Shown: positions 7,890-15,144 of the stretch, piece by piece
Numbering within the stretch: position 1 is the first letter of the stretch
Layout: the number at the start of each line of letters is the position of its first letter
Virus record (IMG/VR): IMGVR_UViG_3300044295_000401
DNA: 23,910 nucleotides
Strand: one strand, 5' to 3'
DNA from: an uncultured virus (IMG/VR IMGVR_UViG_3300044295_000401)
Lineage: Duplodnaviria > Heunggongvirae > Uroviricota > Caudoviricetes
Made by a program: the position numbers and the translations under genes
Notes under the pieces: model-generated
The model's database searches: none
What the model was told of the DNA's origin: nothing
The model's input: only the letters and a program-made list of their open reading frames with translations

Positions 7890-7977
7890 AAAAAGGTGAG
7901 GGCTGGTAAGCGAGGAGGATAAACTTTCCATTTAAGCTATAAGCACCCTCGGGGGATTAAATTGTTATAAGAACAAA
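7890..7977 (-). ncRNA. candidate structured RNA element A
   Basis: GC-rich intergenic stretch; stems GAGGG/CCCUC, GCU/AGC and UGGAAAGU/GCUUACCA with loop UUAUCCUCCUC, followed by ACC and U5. Confidence 0.4.
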
Positions 7978-8235
7978 CTATGCTTCAACTAGCTCTACAA
8001 CTTCGCCTAGTACCCAAGCAGGGATCTTAGAAATACGTTCGCGTACTTTTTCAGCAGTATCTTCAGATACTTTACCTTGTGATACTGCATCTTCTAGAGC
8101 TTGTAGTTGATACTTTGCGCTCTCTACGCGATAGATTTTACCATCACGCATTTTAATATAAGGTGGTTTCCCGTCATCTTTTGACTTACAAAAAGAACCC
8201 ACTTGTTGACGCTTTAGTTTTTTACGTTCAGCCAT
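7978..8235 (-). CDS. hypothetical basic protein, 85 aa, possibly nucleic-acid binding
   Basis: MAERKKLKRQQVGSFCKSKDDGKPPYIK...; GAAGGA SD; lies near the recombination genes. Confidence 0.65.
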   Translation of the reverse strand: MAERKKLKRQQVGSFCKSKDDGKPPYIKMRDGKIYRVESAKYQLQALEDAVSQGKVSEDTAEKVRERISKIPAWVLGEVVELVEA

Positions 8236-8716
8236 TTTCATTTCCTTCATTCGTTACTTGTTGTTCGTTATTAAATTCCGTTTGTGTTTCCGCTGCTGCT
8301 TTCCTAGCTTCAGCCATAATTTCATCACGATGTTCATTGTACGTATTAGCAATTAATACGTATTTTGCATCCATTAGATTTTTACCAATACCAAAACATT
8401 CGCGTTCAAGAGCATCAGTATGTCTATATGTTTTACCTACAGGAAACTCTACAAGTGATTTAATTAATCGCCGTAGTTGACGATTCGATAAACGGTCAAC
8501 ACTAGCACTAAATCGTGGAGTGTATAGAGTAAGCATCATAGATGCAATTTCTACAGGATCTGGTTCGGCTTCAAGACGTTTACGTTCTTCTTCAATGAGC
8601 TGTTTTTCAACTTCAGCAGCATCTACGGCTTTTTCTATTTTAGCTTCTTCTGGAAGTGTGTCAAGCTTTTCAACATCATCCATTGAAACTTCAATTTTAT
8701 TTAATTTATTACCCAT
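8228..8716 (-). CDS. hypothetical helical protein, 162 aa
   Basis: Start MGNKLNK at 8716, directly after the micro-ORF stop. Confidence 0.7.
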   Translation of the reverse strand: MGNKLNKIEVSMDDVEKLDTLPEEAKIEKAVDAAEVEKQLIEEERKRLEAEPDPVEIASMMLTLYTPRFSASVDRLSNRQLRRLIKSLVEFPVGKTYRHTDALERECFGIGKNLMDAKYVLIANTYNEHRDEIMAEARKAAAETQTEFNNEQQVTNEGNENG

Positions 8717-8718
8717 TA

Positions 8719-8793
8719 TTAATAACCTGCTACACAAACACAAGGATGTTTTTCACCGCATCCAGGGCACTTTGTTTCAATGATTAAGTCCAT
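8719..8793 (-). CDS. 24-aa CPxCG zinc-finger micro-protein (not in track)
   Basis: MDLIIETKCPGCGEKHPCVCVAGY; starts in the last codons of the annealing-protein gene and stops 2 nt before the next ATG. Confidence 0.5.
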   Translation of the reverse strand: MDLIIETKCPGCGEKHPCVCVAGY

Positions 8794-9326
8794 TCTTCGC
8801 TTTCTGTAGCAGCAGCTTGAGCTTCTGGCTTCTTTTTACGGAACGTTGAAATCTTAGCAGCAGGTGCTGGTTCTGAGGCAGCAGCTAGTGATTCTTTAAG
8901 CTCGGATTTAGCAGCGGTAGCTGGTGCTTTGACTTCTTCTTTTGGATTAACTACAGGACTATCTGCTAGACGGGAACCTTCATCAAGGTCAGAAAGAGCA
9001 AATTGAGTACCATATCCCATTAGAGCAAGAGCACGACCAATTGCACCGGTTTCACTCTTTTCAATAAAGTCAGGGAAGTCTTTTTTAGATTCTTGTTTAG
9101 TAGCGGTAGCGTGGCGTACTTCACGTCCTTCTTTATCAAAGACTGTAACCTTAGCACGAGCTACAGCGCGTTCTTCCGTTACAGAAATAAAATCGGTATC
9201 AATGTGAAAACGTTCGGCTTCTTCATTAAACCATTGAATACGATGTGCTACTTGAAGATAGTCTTTTCCTTTTAGTTTAAGTAGAGGAAGAATAGTTCCT
9301 TTTACTGTTTTTAGTGTACTGCTCAT
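8784..9326 (-). CDS. Rad52/Sak-like single-strand annealing protein
   Basis: LKGKDYLQVAHRIQWF...AVARAKV...IEKSETGAIGRALALMGYG, then a low-complexity Ala/Pro/Glu tail; GGAG SD. Confidence 0.75.
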   Translation of the reverse strand: MSSTLKTVKGTILPLLKLKGKDYLQVAHRIQWFNEEAERFHIDTDFISVTEERAVARAKVTVFDKEGREVRHATATKQESKKDFPDFIEKSETGAIGRALALMGYGTQFALSDLDEGSRLADSPVVNPKEEVKAPATAAKSELKESLAAASEPAPAAKISTFRKKKPEAQAAATESEEWT

Positions 9327-9335
9327 ATTATCTCC

Positions 9336-9572
9336 TTAGCAATGACCGCTAGTTGGGTTAGTTAGTTTATCCATAAAGTTTTGATAATTTTCTTCTGCTA
9401 CTCTACGAGCTTCAATATCATGAAGTATACCAACAAGTTCATAAACTAAATGTGAACCTACTGCTAGTACTCCAGTCATATGATTAACAGTAAATACAGC
9501 ATAATAAATTGAACCGAGAATACTTAGTTTAGCTCCTAATTCAATTAAACCTAAAAGTTTTAGCTTACTCAC
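9336..9572 (-). CDS. small membrane protein
   Basis: Two hydrophobic segments; GTGA overlap with the upstream gene. Confidence 0.65.
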   Translation of the reverse strand: MSKLKLLGLIELGAKLSILGSIYYAVFTVNHMTGVLAVGSHLVYELVGILHDIEARRVAEENYQNFMDKLTNPTSGHC

Positions 9573-9888
9573 TCTTCTTTTCTCCTGTAAAAAAACCTTG
9601 TTTGTCTACTTCAACTTTAAAACGATCAATAGCATCTTCACGAATGTCTCTTAGAATTTCTTTAATATATCCAGTATCGCCCGTTTCAGGATCAAATGGA
9701 ATTTCTACCAAAACGTATTTAGTTCCAGGTCCATCTTTTACTGAATACATTCCAAGAGCTACATTAGGGAATGATTTAGTTTGAACTTCTTCTGATTCTT
9801 CTTTTACAGAAGCTTTAGAAGGATTAATTTCTTCTAGTTTAAGTCCAGTTCGTTCTAGAAATTCTTTTGAATATTTATGCTTACTCAT
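9565..9888 (-). CDS. hypothetical protein, first gene after a promoter
   Basis: 107-aa ORF; ATG lies 7 nt after a -10 box. Confidence 0.75.
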   Translation of the reverse strand: MSKHKYSKEFLERTGLKLEEINPSKASVKEESEEVQTKSFPNVALGMYSVKDGPGTKYVLVEIPFDPETGDTGYIKEILRDIREDAIDRFKVEVDKQGFFTGEKKSE

Positions 9889-9895
9889 ATTTTCT

Positions 9896-9924
9896 ATATT
9901 ACCTCAATTTGTAGTGTTTGTCAA
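9896..9924 (-). promoter_or_regulatory. sigma70 promoter, predicted leaderless or 1-nt leader
   Basis: TTGACA (9924-9919), 17 nt, TAATAT (9901-9896), 7 nt, ATG. Shares AGTTGACAAACAC with the promoter at 616-644. Confidence 0.75.
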
Positions 9925-10259
9925 CTAGTTTTCTTTAATTCTGGGTGCGGATCAACATAACAGATGCCATTAACTTTAAAATGCTCATCTAACTCATGTA
10001 ATTCTAAACGTTTACAAGTTATATAAAGTATTTTAATAAACTGTTCTTTGTCTAATATATTGAAATAACGTTCATCAAAAATTTGAATAGTCTTAATTGG
10101 AATGATTGGTGCCATTTCAAAACTATAACCACTACAAGCGTCTTTTACTGGAGCAGTTGCTACTAATGTTATTCCGCGATAAATATCTTCCTGTATTTTA
10201 AAATAGAAATTCTTATAAGTAATTTCGTTTATTATATTTCTAGCTTCTTGGATAGTCAT
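9921..10259 (-). CDS. hypothetical phage protein
   Basis: C-terminal ELHELDEHFKVNG...DPH motif; ATGA overlap. Confidence 0.7.
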   Translation of the reverse strand: MTIQEARNIINEITYKNFYFKIQEDIYRGITLVATAPVKDACSGYSFEMAPIIPIKTIQIFDERYFNILDKEQFIKILYITCKRLELHELDEHFKVNGICYVDPHPELKKTS

Positions 10260-11122
10260 TCTTCTTTTTTATCTTCTTTATATGCTTTAATTAAACCAGA
10301 ATAATCGCCAAATGAACACGCTCTTTCGTATTCACATGGTTTACCAAATGCTTTACACGATTTATAATTACAAGGAAATTCTTTATTTTTAATCTTTAAA
10401 AGGGTTTGTTCGAGAAGATTAAAAGACTTTTGTTTTGTTTCTTCTGGAACTTCATCAACGATTAATTGATGGGTTAAACCTTTTTCTTTTGCTGGATTTT
10501 TAATAAGAACAGCATAAGCCGCGAATTTAATATCAGGGTAGTTTTCTAAATATAAACTTAACTGTTGACTTTCAATAACCGCTTTCTTTTTGTACTTTGC
10601 GCTAGCTGTTTTGTTATCTAATAAAACAGTTCTTCCATCTTTTAGTTTAACAACAGCGTCAACAACAAATTCAAAGATATCTCCTTCTTCATTTGAAAGC
10701 TCACCACGCTTTTGTACTTCAATAACTTCTTCTATTTCAGGCAGTATATTAGTTATGTAAATATCAATACAAGCTAGGCCACGTTGTACAATATTATCAA
10801 ATACTACTTCTTGATGTTCTTTATTATCAGGGTCTATTGAGTCTTGTAGTTCTTCTGGTACTTCATTTTTAAAGAAATCTAGGGTATTTTGACCGTCCCA
10901 TTTGTGCATCTCTGTAACAAATATATCTTTAGCTTTACCTTGGCACCATTCTTTTTTATCTTTAATACACTCAAGAATGTAGTTTAGCGCAGCGTCCATA
11001 GCAGTACCAAATAAAAGCGGCGTTCGAGTAACATCTGCTTTTAGCTTTTCTATATACTTAAAGTAAAACTTTTTAGGACATAGCTGATACAAATCCAGTT
11101 TGGAATTACTGATGCGTGTCAT
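10256..11122 (-). CDS. PD-(D/E)XK exonuclease, Cas4/AddB-like, probable Fe-S cluster
   Basis: ISNSKL..YQLCPKKF, LLFGTAMD, VVDAVV...VLLDNKTAS, QLSLY, C-terminal CKAFGKPCEYERAC. Confidence 0.85.
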   Translation of the reverse strand: MTRISNSKLDLYQLCPKKFYFKYIEKLKADVTRTPLLFGTAMDAALNYILECIKDKKEWCQGKAKDIFVTEMHKWDGQNTLDFFKNEVPEELQDSIDPDNKEHQEVVFDNIVQRGLACIDIYITNILPEIEEVIEVQKRGELSNEEGDIFEFVVDAVVKLKDGRTVLLDNKTASAKYKKKAVIESQQLSLYLENYPDIKFAAYAVLIKNPAKEKGLTHQLIVDEVPEETKQKSFNLLEQTLLKIKNKEFPCNYKSCKAFGKPCEYERACSFGDYSGLIKAYKEDKKEE

Positions 11123-11123
11123 A

Positions 11124-11303
11124 TTATTGTTGACTTTTTTGTTCGTCTTTTTCTACTTGTTCGTAAAATAGTTTAGCTACACGAATAGCATTTTCCATTA
11201 AACCTTCGTGTGCTTTTAAAGACTTCTCTGTAAGATAGTCTACAGGAAGTTTACGTAAAAAAATCTCTTTAGCTAGATCATATATCGCTTGTTCTTTTGT
11301 CAT
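11124..11303 (-). CDS. hypothetical protein, 59 aa (not in track)
   Basis: MTKEQAIYDLAKEIFLRKLP...; GAGG SD; abuts both neighbours. Confidence 0.7.
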   Translation of the reverse strand: MTKEQAIYDLAKEIFLRKLPVDYLTEKSLKAHEGLMENAIRVAKLFYEQVEKDEQKSQQ

Positions 11304-11480
11304 CTATTCCTCTATTTTTAGGCCTTGTTTAACTAGAAAGTTAACAATCTTTTCAGCTAGTTCATAATCGCGAACAAATGAAAACTCTGGGTTATAATTC
11401 ATTTTATGACGAATTACTTCCCAATCTTTTACAGGTAGAACTTGCTCTGCTAGTTTAATTTTAAGTTCAGTACGTGTCAT
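11304..11480 (-). CDS. hypothetical protein, 58 aa (not in track)
   Basis: MTRTELKIKLAEQV...LAEKIVNFLVKQGLKIEE; GAGG SD; ATGA overlap. Confidence 0.7.
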   Translation of the reverse strand: MTRTELKIKLAEQVLPVKDWEVIRHKMNYNPEFSFVRDYELAEKIVNFLVKQGLKIEE

Positions 11481-11863
11481 GTGTTCCTCTTATATTCGCC
11501 TGTGATTGGATCAATCCATACTATTGATTTAATAATACGTTTGGCATCTAATAAATCATCAATACATAGTTCTGGTTTAGCCATTACAAAATCGGCAACA
11601 TTTTCTAATCCAAGGGCTTTAGTTACTTTTTCTGCCCATTCTCCTCCCGCTGCTGACCAAATAACTATACCGTATCCTTGACGTTTCAAATTAATAAGAA
11701 AGTCAATATTTTTTTTATGAGGTAAAAGGCTCCATGTACCATATTCATCTGTAAATGAAATTAAATCTTCTAAGTTATGCGGATATTTTTGATAATCCCA
11801 CAATATTAGAGAGTCGTCTACATCAGAATAAACAATTCGTTCTTTTTTAAGCGCCTTATACAT
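11477..11863 (-). CDS. HAD-superfamily phosphatase
   Basis: Motif I YSDVDDSL, motif II VIWSAAG, motif III/IV KPELCIDD. Confidence 0.8.
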   Translation of the reverse strand: MYKALKKERIVYSDVDDSLILWDYQKYPHNLEDLISFTDEYGTWSLLPHKKNIDFLINLKRQGYGIVIWSAAGGEWAEKVTKALGLENVADFVMAKPELCIDDLLDAKRIIKSIVWIDPITGEYKRNT

Positions 11864-12512
11864 TTTTAATCCCTAGCTCAATAATATTAGGTCCATTTAA
11901 TGGTTTATATTCTTCTGTACAAATAGCTCCATTAGAATACAATGTTGATCCATTAAAATGTAATCCGTGGCTGTAATGGATATGTCCAAAACAATGAAGC
12001 TTTAACTTATTTAGTTTATTTAAGCGTTGTAGTAATTCTTCAGAACCGACTCTATCCCAAATACAAGAATCCAAAATTCCCTTTGGTGGACAATGAGTTA
12101 AAAGAACTTCAGTATCTTCAGGAATACGATCATAAAACTCGGCTAGCTCGTTATATAATGGAATGTTGTATGCCCAACCACCAAAGTATGGTTGATAAGA
12201 AGTACCAAAGAATTTATATCCGTCGTAGGTATATTCTCTTTCGTGCATTATCTCAATGTTAGGGATTGTTTCTTTAAGAAAGTTTTCAGCTTCTAGTGGG
12301 GTGTGTTGAAATGCCCAGTCGTGATTACCAGGAAGGAATAGAATCTTTTTAAACTTGTGGTGAATAGGGTCTAGTTGTTGTCTAAACTTGATTAGATCAG
12401 AAAAGTCGCCGCTGTTAAGGGCATCCCCGGTGTGAATAAGAATATCAGCTTCTGGGAGCGTTGGGAACGCTTTAAGGTGTGTATCGCTGATATGCACTAA
12501 TTTGAGTGTCAT
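11856..12512 (-). CDS. calcineurin-like metallophosphoesterase (MPPED-like)
   Basis: HISDTH, IHTGD, PGNHD, LTHCPP, FGHIH. Confidence 0.9.
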   Translation of the reverse strand: MTLKLVHISDTHLKAFPTLPEADILIHTGDALNSGDFSDLIKFRQQLDPIHHKFKKILFLPGNHDWAFQHTPLEAENFLKETIPNIEIMHEREYTYDGYKFFGTSYQPYFGGWAYNIPLYNELAEFYDRIPEDTEVLLTHCPPKGILDSCIWDRVGSEELLQRLNKLNKLKLHCFGHIHYSHGLHFNGSTLYSNGAICTEEYKPLNGPNIIELGIKNV

Positions 12513-12518
12513 AGTAAA

Positions 12519-12547
12519 ACTATAACATTAAATTATAGAAATGTCAA
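12519..12547 (-). promoter_or_regulatory. sigma70 promoter, predicted leaderless start at ATG 12512
   Basis: TTGACA (12547-12542), 17 nt, TGt-TATAGT (12524-12519), 6 nt, ATG; no SD. Confidence 0.8.
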
Positions 12548-12594
12548 GTATTTAAATAGTACATTGACAAGATAGGGAGTATACCAAATTAGTA

Positions 12595-13284
12595 TTAAAT
12601 ACTCCAACCGTTTCTCTCTAGCGCATCTAATGCAACTGGACATATTCCAGACGCTTTAACTGCTACCATCATTTGATTAGCTAGATCTTGAATCTCCGGT
12701 TGAGCATCTGATTTGGAGCGTAATTTGTAAAAGTTGGCAAAAGAACGTAAGTTCATAACAGTTACTCGTTCTGTCATATTACCTTGCGGTAGAATATTAC
12801 GATATACTTCTCGTACTCTTTTATATTCAGAATTTGTAATAGTTCCGGATTTTTCAGCTTCCTTAAGATCCTGTAAAACTTGTCGATAACCTAAGTTAGC
12901 ATCTTCACATATTTCTTGATATAGTTTAAGATAATATGTATTACCGGTTAGCTTATTTAGAATAGCTTTTGCGTCATCGGGCATTTCTAAAAAGTCATTA
13001 GGCATAGTTCTATATCGACCACTCATTCCTGAATGACTTGCAATTCGATGTGTCATTACTTGTCTATCGGTACTAATAGGAATACGCATCCAAAAACGGA
13101 ATATTACAGATTCAAAAGGTACAGAATGTTTTAAATCTGCTAACATATTAACTACCCTAGTAGTATCAGCCTCTGTTCTAAGTTCTTTTTTAGATATTTC
13201 TAATGAACTAGTCCAAGCTGAATGAGCAATTGCTGTATCAGAGCCCATAGTTTCAAGTAATTCTACTTTAATTTGTTCGTTCAA
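12595..13284 (-). CDS. thyX: flavin-dependent thymidylate synthase
   Basis: HSVPFE, RQVMTHRIASHSGMSGRY (THR-x7-S variant of RHR-x7-S), R.ILPQ, NLRSFANFYKLR....AQPEI. Confidence 0.9.
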   Translation of the reverse strand: MNEQIKVELLETMGSDTAIAHSAWTSSLEISKKELRTEADTTRVVNMLADLKHSVPFESVIFRFWMRIPISTDRQVMTHRIASHSGMSGRYRTMPNDFLEMPDDAKAILNKLTGNTYYLKLYQEICEDANLGYRQVLQDLKEAEKSGTITNSEYKRVREVYRNILPQGNMTERVTVMNLRSFANFYKLRSKSDAQPEIQDLANQMMVAVKASGICPVALDALERNGWSI

Positions 13285-13795
13285 TGAAATTTCCTCTCAT
13301 TTTATCTAATAATTTTACAACTTCTAAAAATTCTTCATATGAAAAATGATTTCCTTTAATATAATTGCATTCTTTACAACATACTACACAATTATCTTTG
13401 GAATAACCTTTATTAGAATCTTTTTTATCTAAATTAGTTCTATGGTTTCCTTTACTAACATGTTTGTTCCATATTAATTTTTTATTACAATAATGACAAT
13501 TATTAATTTTTGTAAAATCTAAGAACTCTTCAAAAGATAAATTTATTTCTTTTTGCTTTTTACGTTTACTATTTGTTCTTTTAACACTATCTATAAAATA
13601 ATTATAAGTTCCTAAAAATGGAACTCCTTTATGAGAGCAAAACCTACATTTACCACTAGTATTTTTTAAATATTTTCTTTCAACTTTAATTATATTATCT
13701 TTACATTCTATACATTTAAAATGATATACATAACAAGAAGAATTATTATATACTCTTCTTTCACAAAGAATTGCATTGCTTGGATTTAATTCCAT
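13268..13795 (-). mobile_element. free-standing HNH-type homing endonuclease
   Basis: CIEC...CRFC, INLSFEEF, CHYCN, NLDKKDSNKGYSKDNCVVCCKECNYIK; very AT-rich; overlaps the thyX start. Confidence 0.85.
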
Positions 13796-14370
13796 TAAAA
13801 ATGCATTCCTGGTTTTTTAAAGGAAAGATTAAGACGTTCAATTGTATTGATTAGCCTATTAGCAGGAGAACAATTTAATTGAATTACGTTATTATCGTAC
13901 TTTTCTAAAACAGAATTTAATAGAAGACGATCAATGTGTTTAGTTTCGGTTAGATTAGAATAACGTCCTTGAGGATTAAAAATACTTTCATCTAAAGGAA
14001 TATAAAGATTAATTGGTTCTTTAATAAGTTGACGGTTATATGCTTCGGCATATACATTATCGTCTAATTCATTTAAAGAACTAGAGGCGTGATAGTAATT
14101 ACAATAGAAGCTTCCTAGATGTAAGGGACTGTCCGTAATTAGATATTCTACCTTACCATACAAAGAAGTCTCTTGAAGCATTTGTTTATTGGTAATAAAC
14201 ATTTGTTCAAATACCGTTGGTTTTTTACCTTGCCAAGCCCATTCTTTAATTTCTTCTCTAATAAGCTCAACAGAATAACCTTGCTTCTTCATCCAAGAAT
14301 AAAGTTCTGAAGCAAGAGTTGACTTACCGCTACCAGGTGAACCAAACACATTAATTACAGTAGTTTTCAT
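13795..14370 (-). CDS. P-loop kinase/ATPase (AAA_28, NadR-kinase-like)
   Basis: INVFGSPGSGKST, VELIRE.IKEWAW, LITDSPL, GRY. Confidence 0.75.
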   Translation of the reverse strand: MKTTVINVFGSPGSGKSTLASELYSWMKKQGYSVELIREEIKEWAWQGKKPTVFEQMFITNKQMLQETSLYGKVEYLITDSPLHLGSFYCNYYHASSSLNELDDNVYAEAYNRQLIKEPINLYIPLDESIFNPQGRYSNLTETKHIDRLLLNSVLEKYDNNVIQLNCSPANRLINTIERLNLSFKKPGMHF

Positions 14371-14531
14371 TTTACTTCTTTTTTAAGTTTGTTATATTCT
14401 TTAATGATTTTGTCTAATTGTTCCGTGGTTAAATATACTACACCAACACCATCGTAAATACGATAGTATCTATCTGCTCCCTTTTCTTCTGGCGTTGCAG
14501 TTCTAATACAAGGTGAAATTCTTTCTGTCAC
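14367..14531 (-). CDS. hypothetical protein, 54 aa (not in track)
   Basis: GTG start after AAGGGG; MTERISPCIRTATPEEKGADRYYRIYDG...; ATGA overlap with the kinase. Confidence 0.65.
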   Translation of the reverse strand: MTERISPCIRTATPEEKGADRYYRIYDGVGVVYLTTEQLDKIIKEYNKLKKEVK

Positions 14532-14564
14532 TTAAGCCCCTTGGTTAACTAAATGATAAATACT

Positions 14565-14593
14565 AGTATACCACAAACTAAAATAGAAATCTA
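14565..14593 (-). promoter_or_regulatory. extended -10 promoter
   Basis: TAGATT (contains the upstream TAG stop), 17 nt ending TGTGG, TATACT (14570-14565). Confidence 0.55.
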
Positions 14594-14824
14594 CTTATTT
14601 ATTTTACGTTCAATACATGTTAGAATTTCTGAGTTAACTAAATAGTGAGCAAGCTCTTCTTGGACAGGTTCAGTTAGGTTATCAGCACCAAACCGTTTCA
14701 TATCCTTTTCAAGCTTTTTAATGTCTACGTCTGCTAGACATTTGATTTCAAGTTCAGCTAGCTCATGAGTAAAGGTACCTGCTTGAGCTGTTAGAGTTAT
14801 AAGTAACATTGTTAAATTAATCAT
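14591..14824 (-). CDS. small protein with probable signal peptide, 77 aa
   Basis: The ATGA-overlap start gives MINLTMLLITLTAQA-G (AxA cleavage site). Confidence 0.55.
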   Translation of the reverse strand: MINLTMLLITLTAQAGTFTHELAELEIKCLADVDIKKLEKDMKRFGADNLTEPVQEELAHYLVNSEILTCIERKINK

Positions 14825-15141
14825 CGACCGTAATCTTTCCAATGGTTATCGTGAGGTATCCAAGAAGGTAATTGAAGTTCTTTATAATCTATCCAAGCTA
14901 GCGCATATTCTTTATTGTAAAAGAATTCATCTTCTTCATCTTGAGTTAAATAAATCCAATAAGAACCTTTTCCAGTAAAATCTTCGTTATTAACTATAGG
15001 ATTCTTTCCTTGATTATCATACTGTACAACACCAAAATAAATTTCGCATGACAGTGGATTATGCTCTTTCCAATGCTGTGTAACAACAGCGATGGTCTGA
15101 CCTTCTTTAGGTAGTTCTTTTTTGGGATCTTTCCAGTTCAT
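14821..15141 (-). CDS. hypothetical protein with DUF551-like N-terminus
   Basis: MNWKDPKKELPKEGQTIAVV...LAW. Confidence 0.65.
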   Translation of the reverse strand: MNWKDPKKELPKEGQTIAVVTQHWKEHNPLSCEIYFGVVQYDNQGKNPIVNNEDFTGKGSYWIYLTQDEEDEFFYNKEYALAWIDYKELQLPSWIPHDNHWKDYGR

Positions 15142-15144
15142 TTT

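Noticed and set aside
7924..7947. tRNA gene, from the D-arm-like TAGCTTAAATGGAAAG (and TAGACAAGTATGGTAAAG in element B)
   Set aside because: No T-arm TTCRA, no anticodon arm, and only about 50 nt between the closing strands. Descent from a tRNA cannot be excluded.
7895..7950. HDV-like ribozyme, since CCUCCUCGCU matches the HDV P3/L3 sequence
   Set aside because: P3 cannot pair (UCC versus UAC), the P1.1 GG is absent, and there is no J4/2 catalytic C.
8637..8664. Internal promoter TTGACA-16-TAAAAT on the minus strand
   Set aside because: Suboptimal spacing, mid-gene, with no nearby start; plausible by chance in AT-rich DNA.
10256..11122. CRISPR-Cas system
   Set aside because: The nuclease is Cas4-like, but there is no repeat-spacer array or other cas gene in the window.
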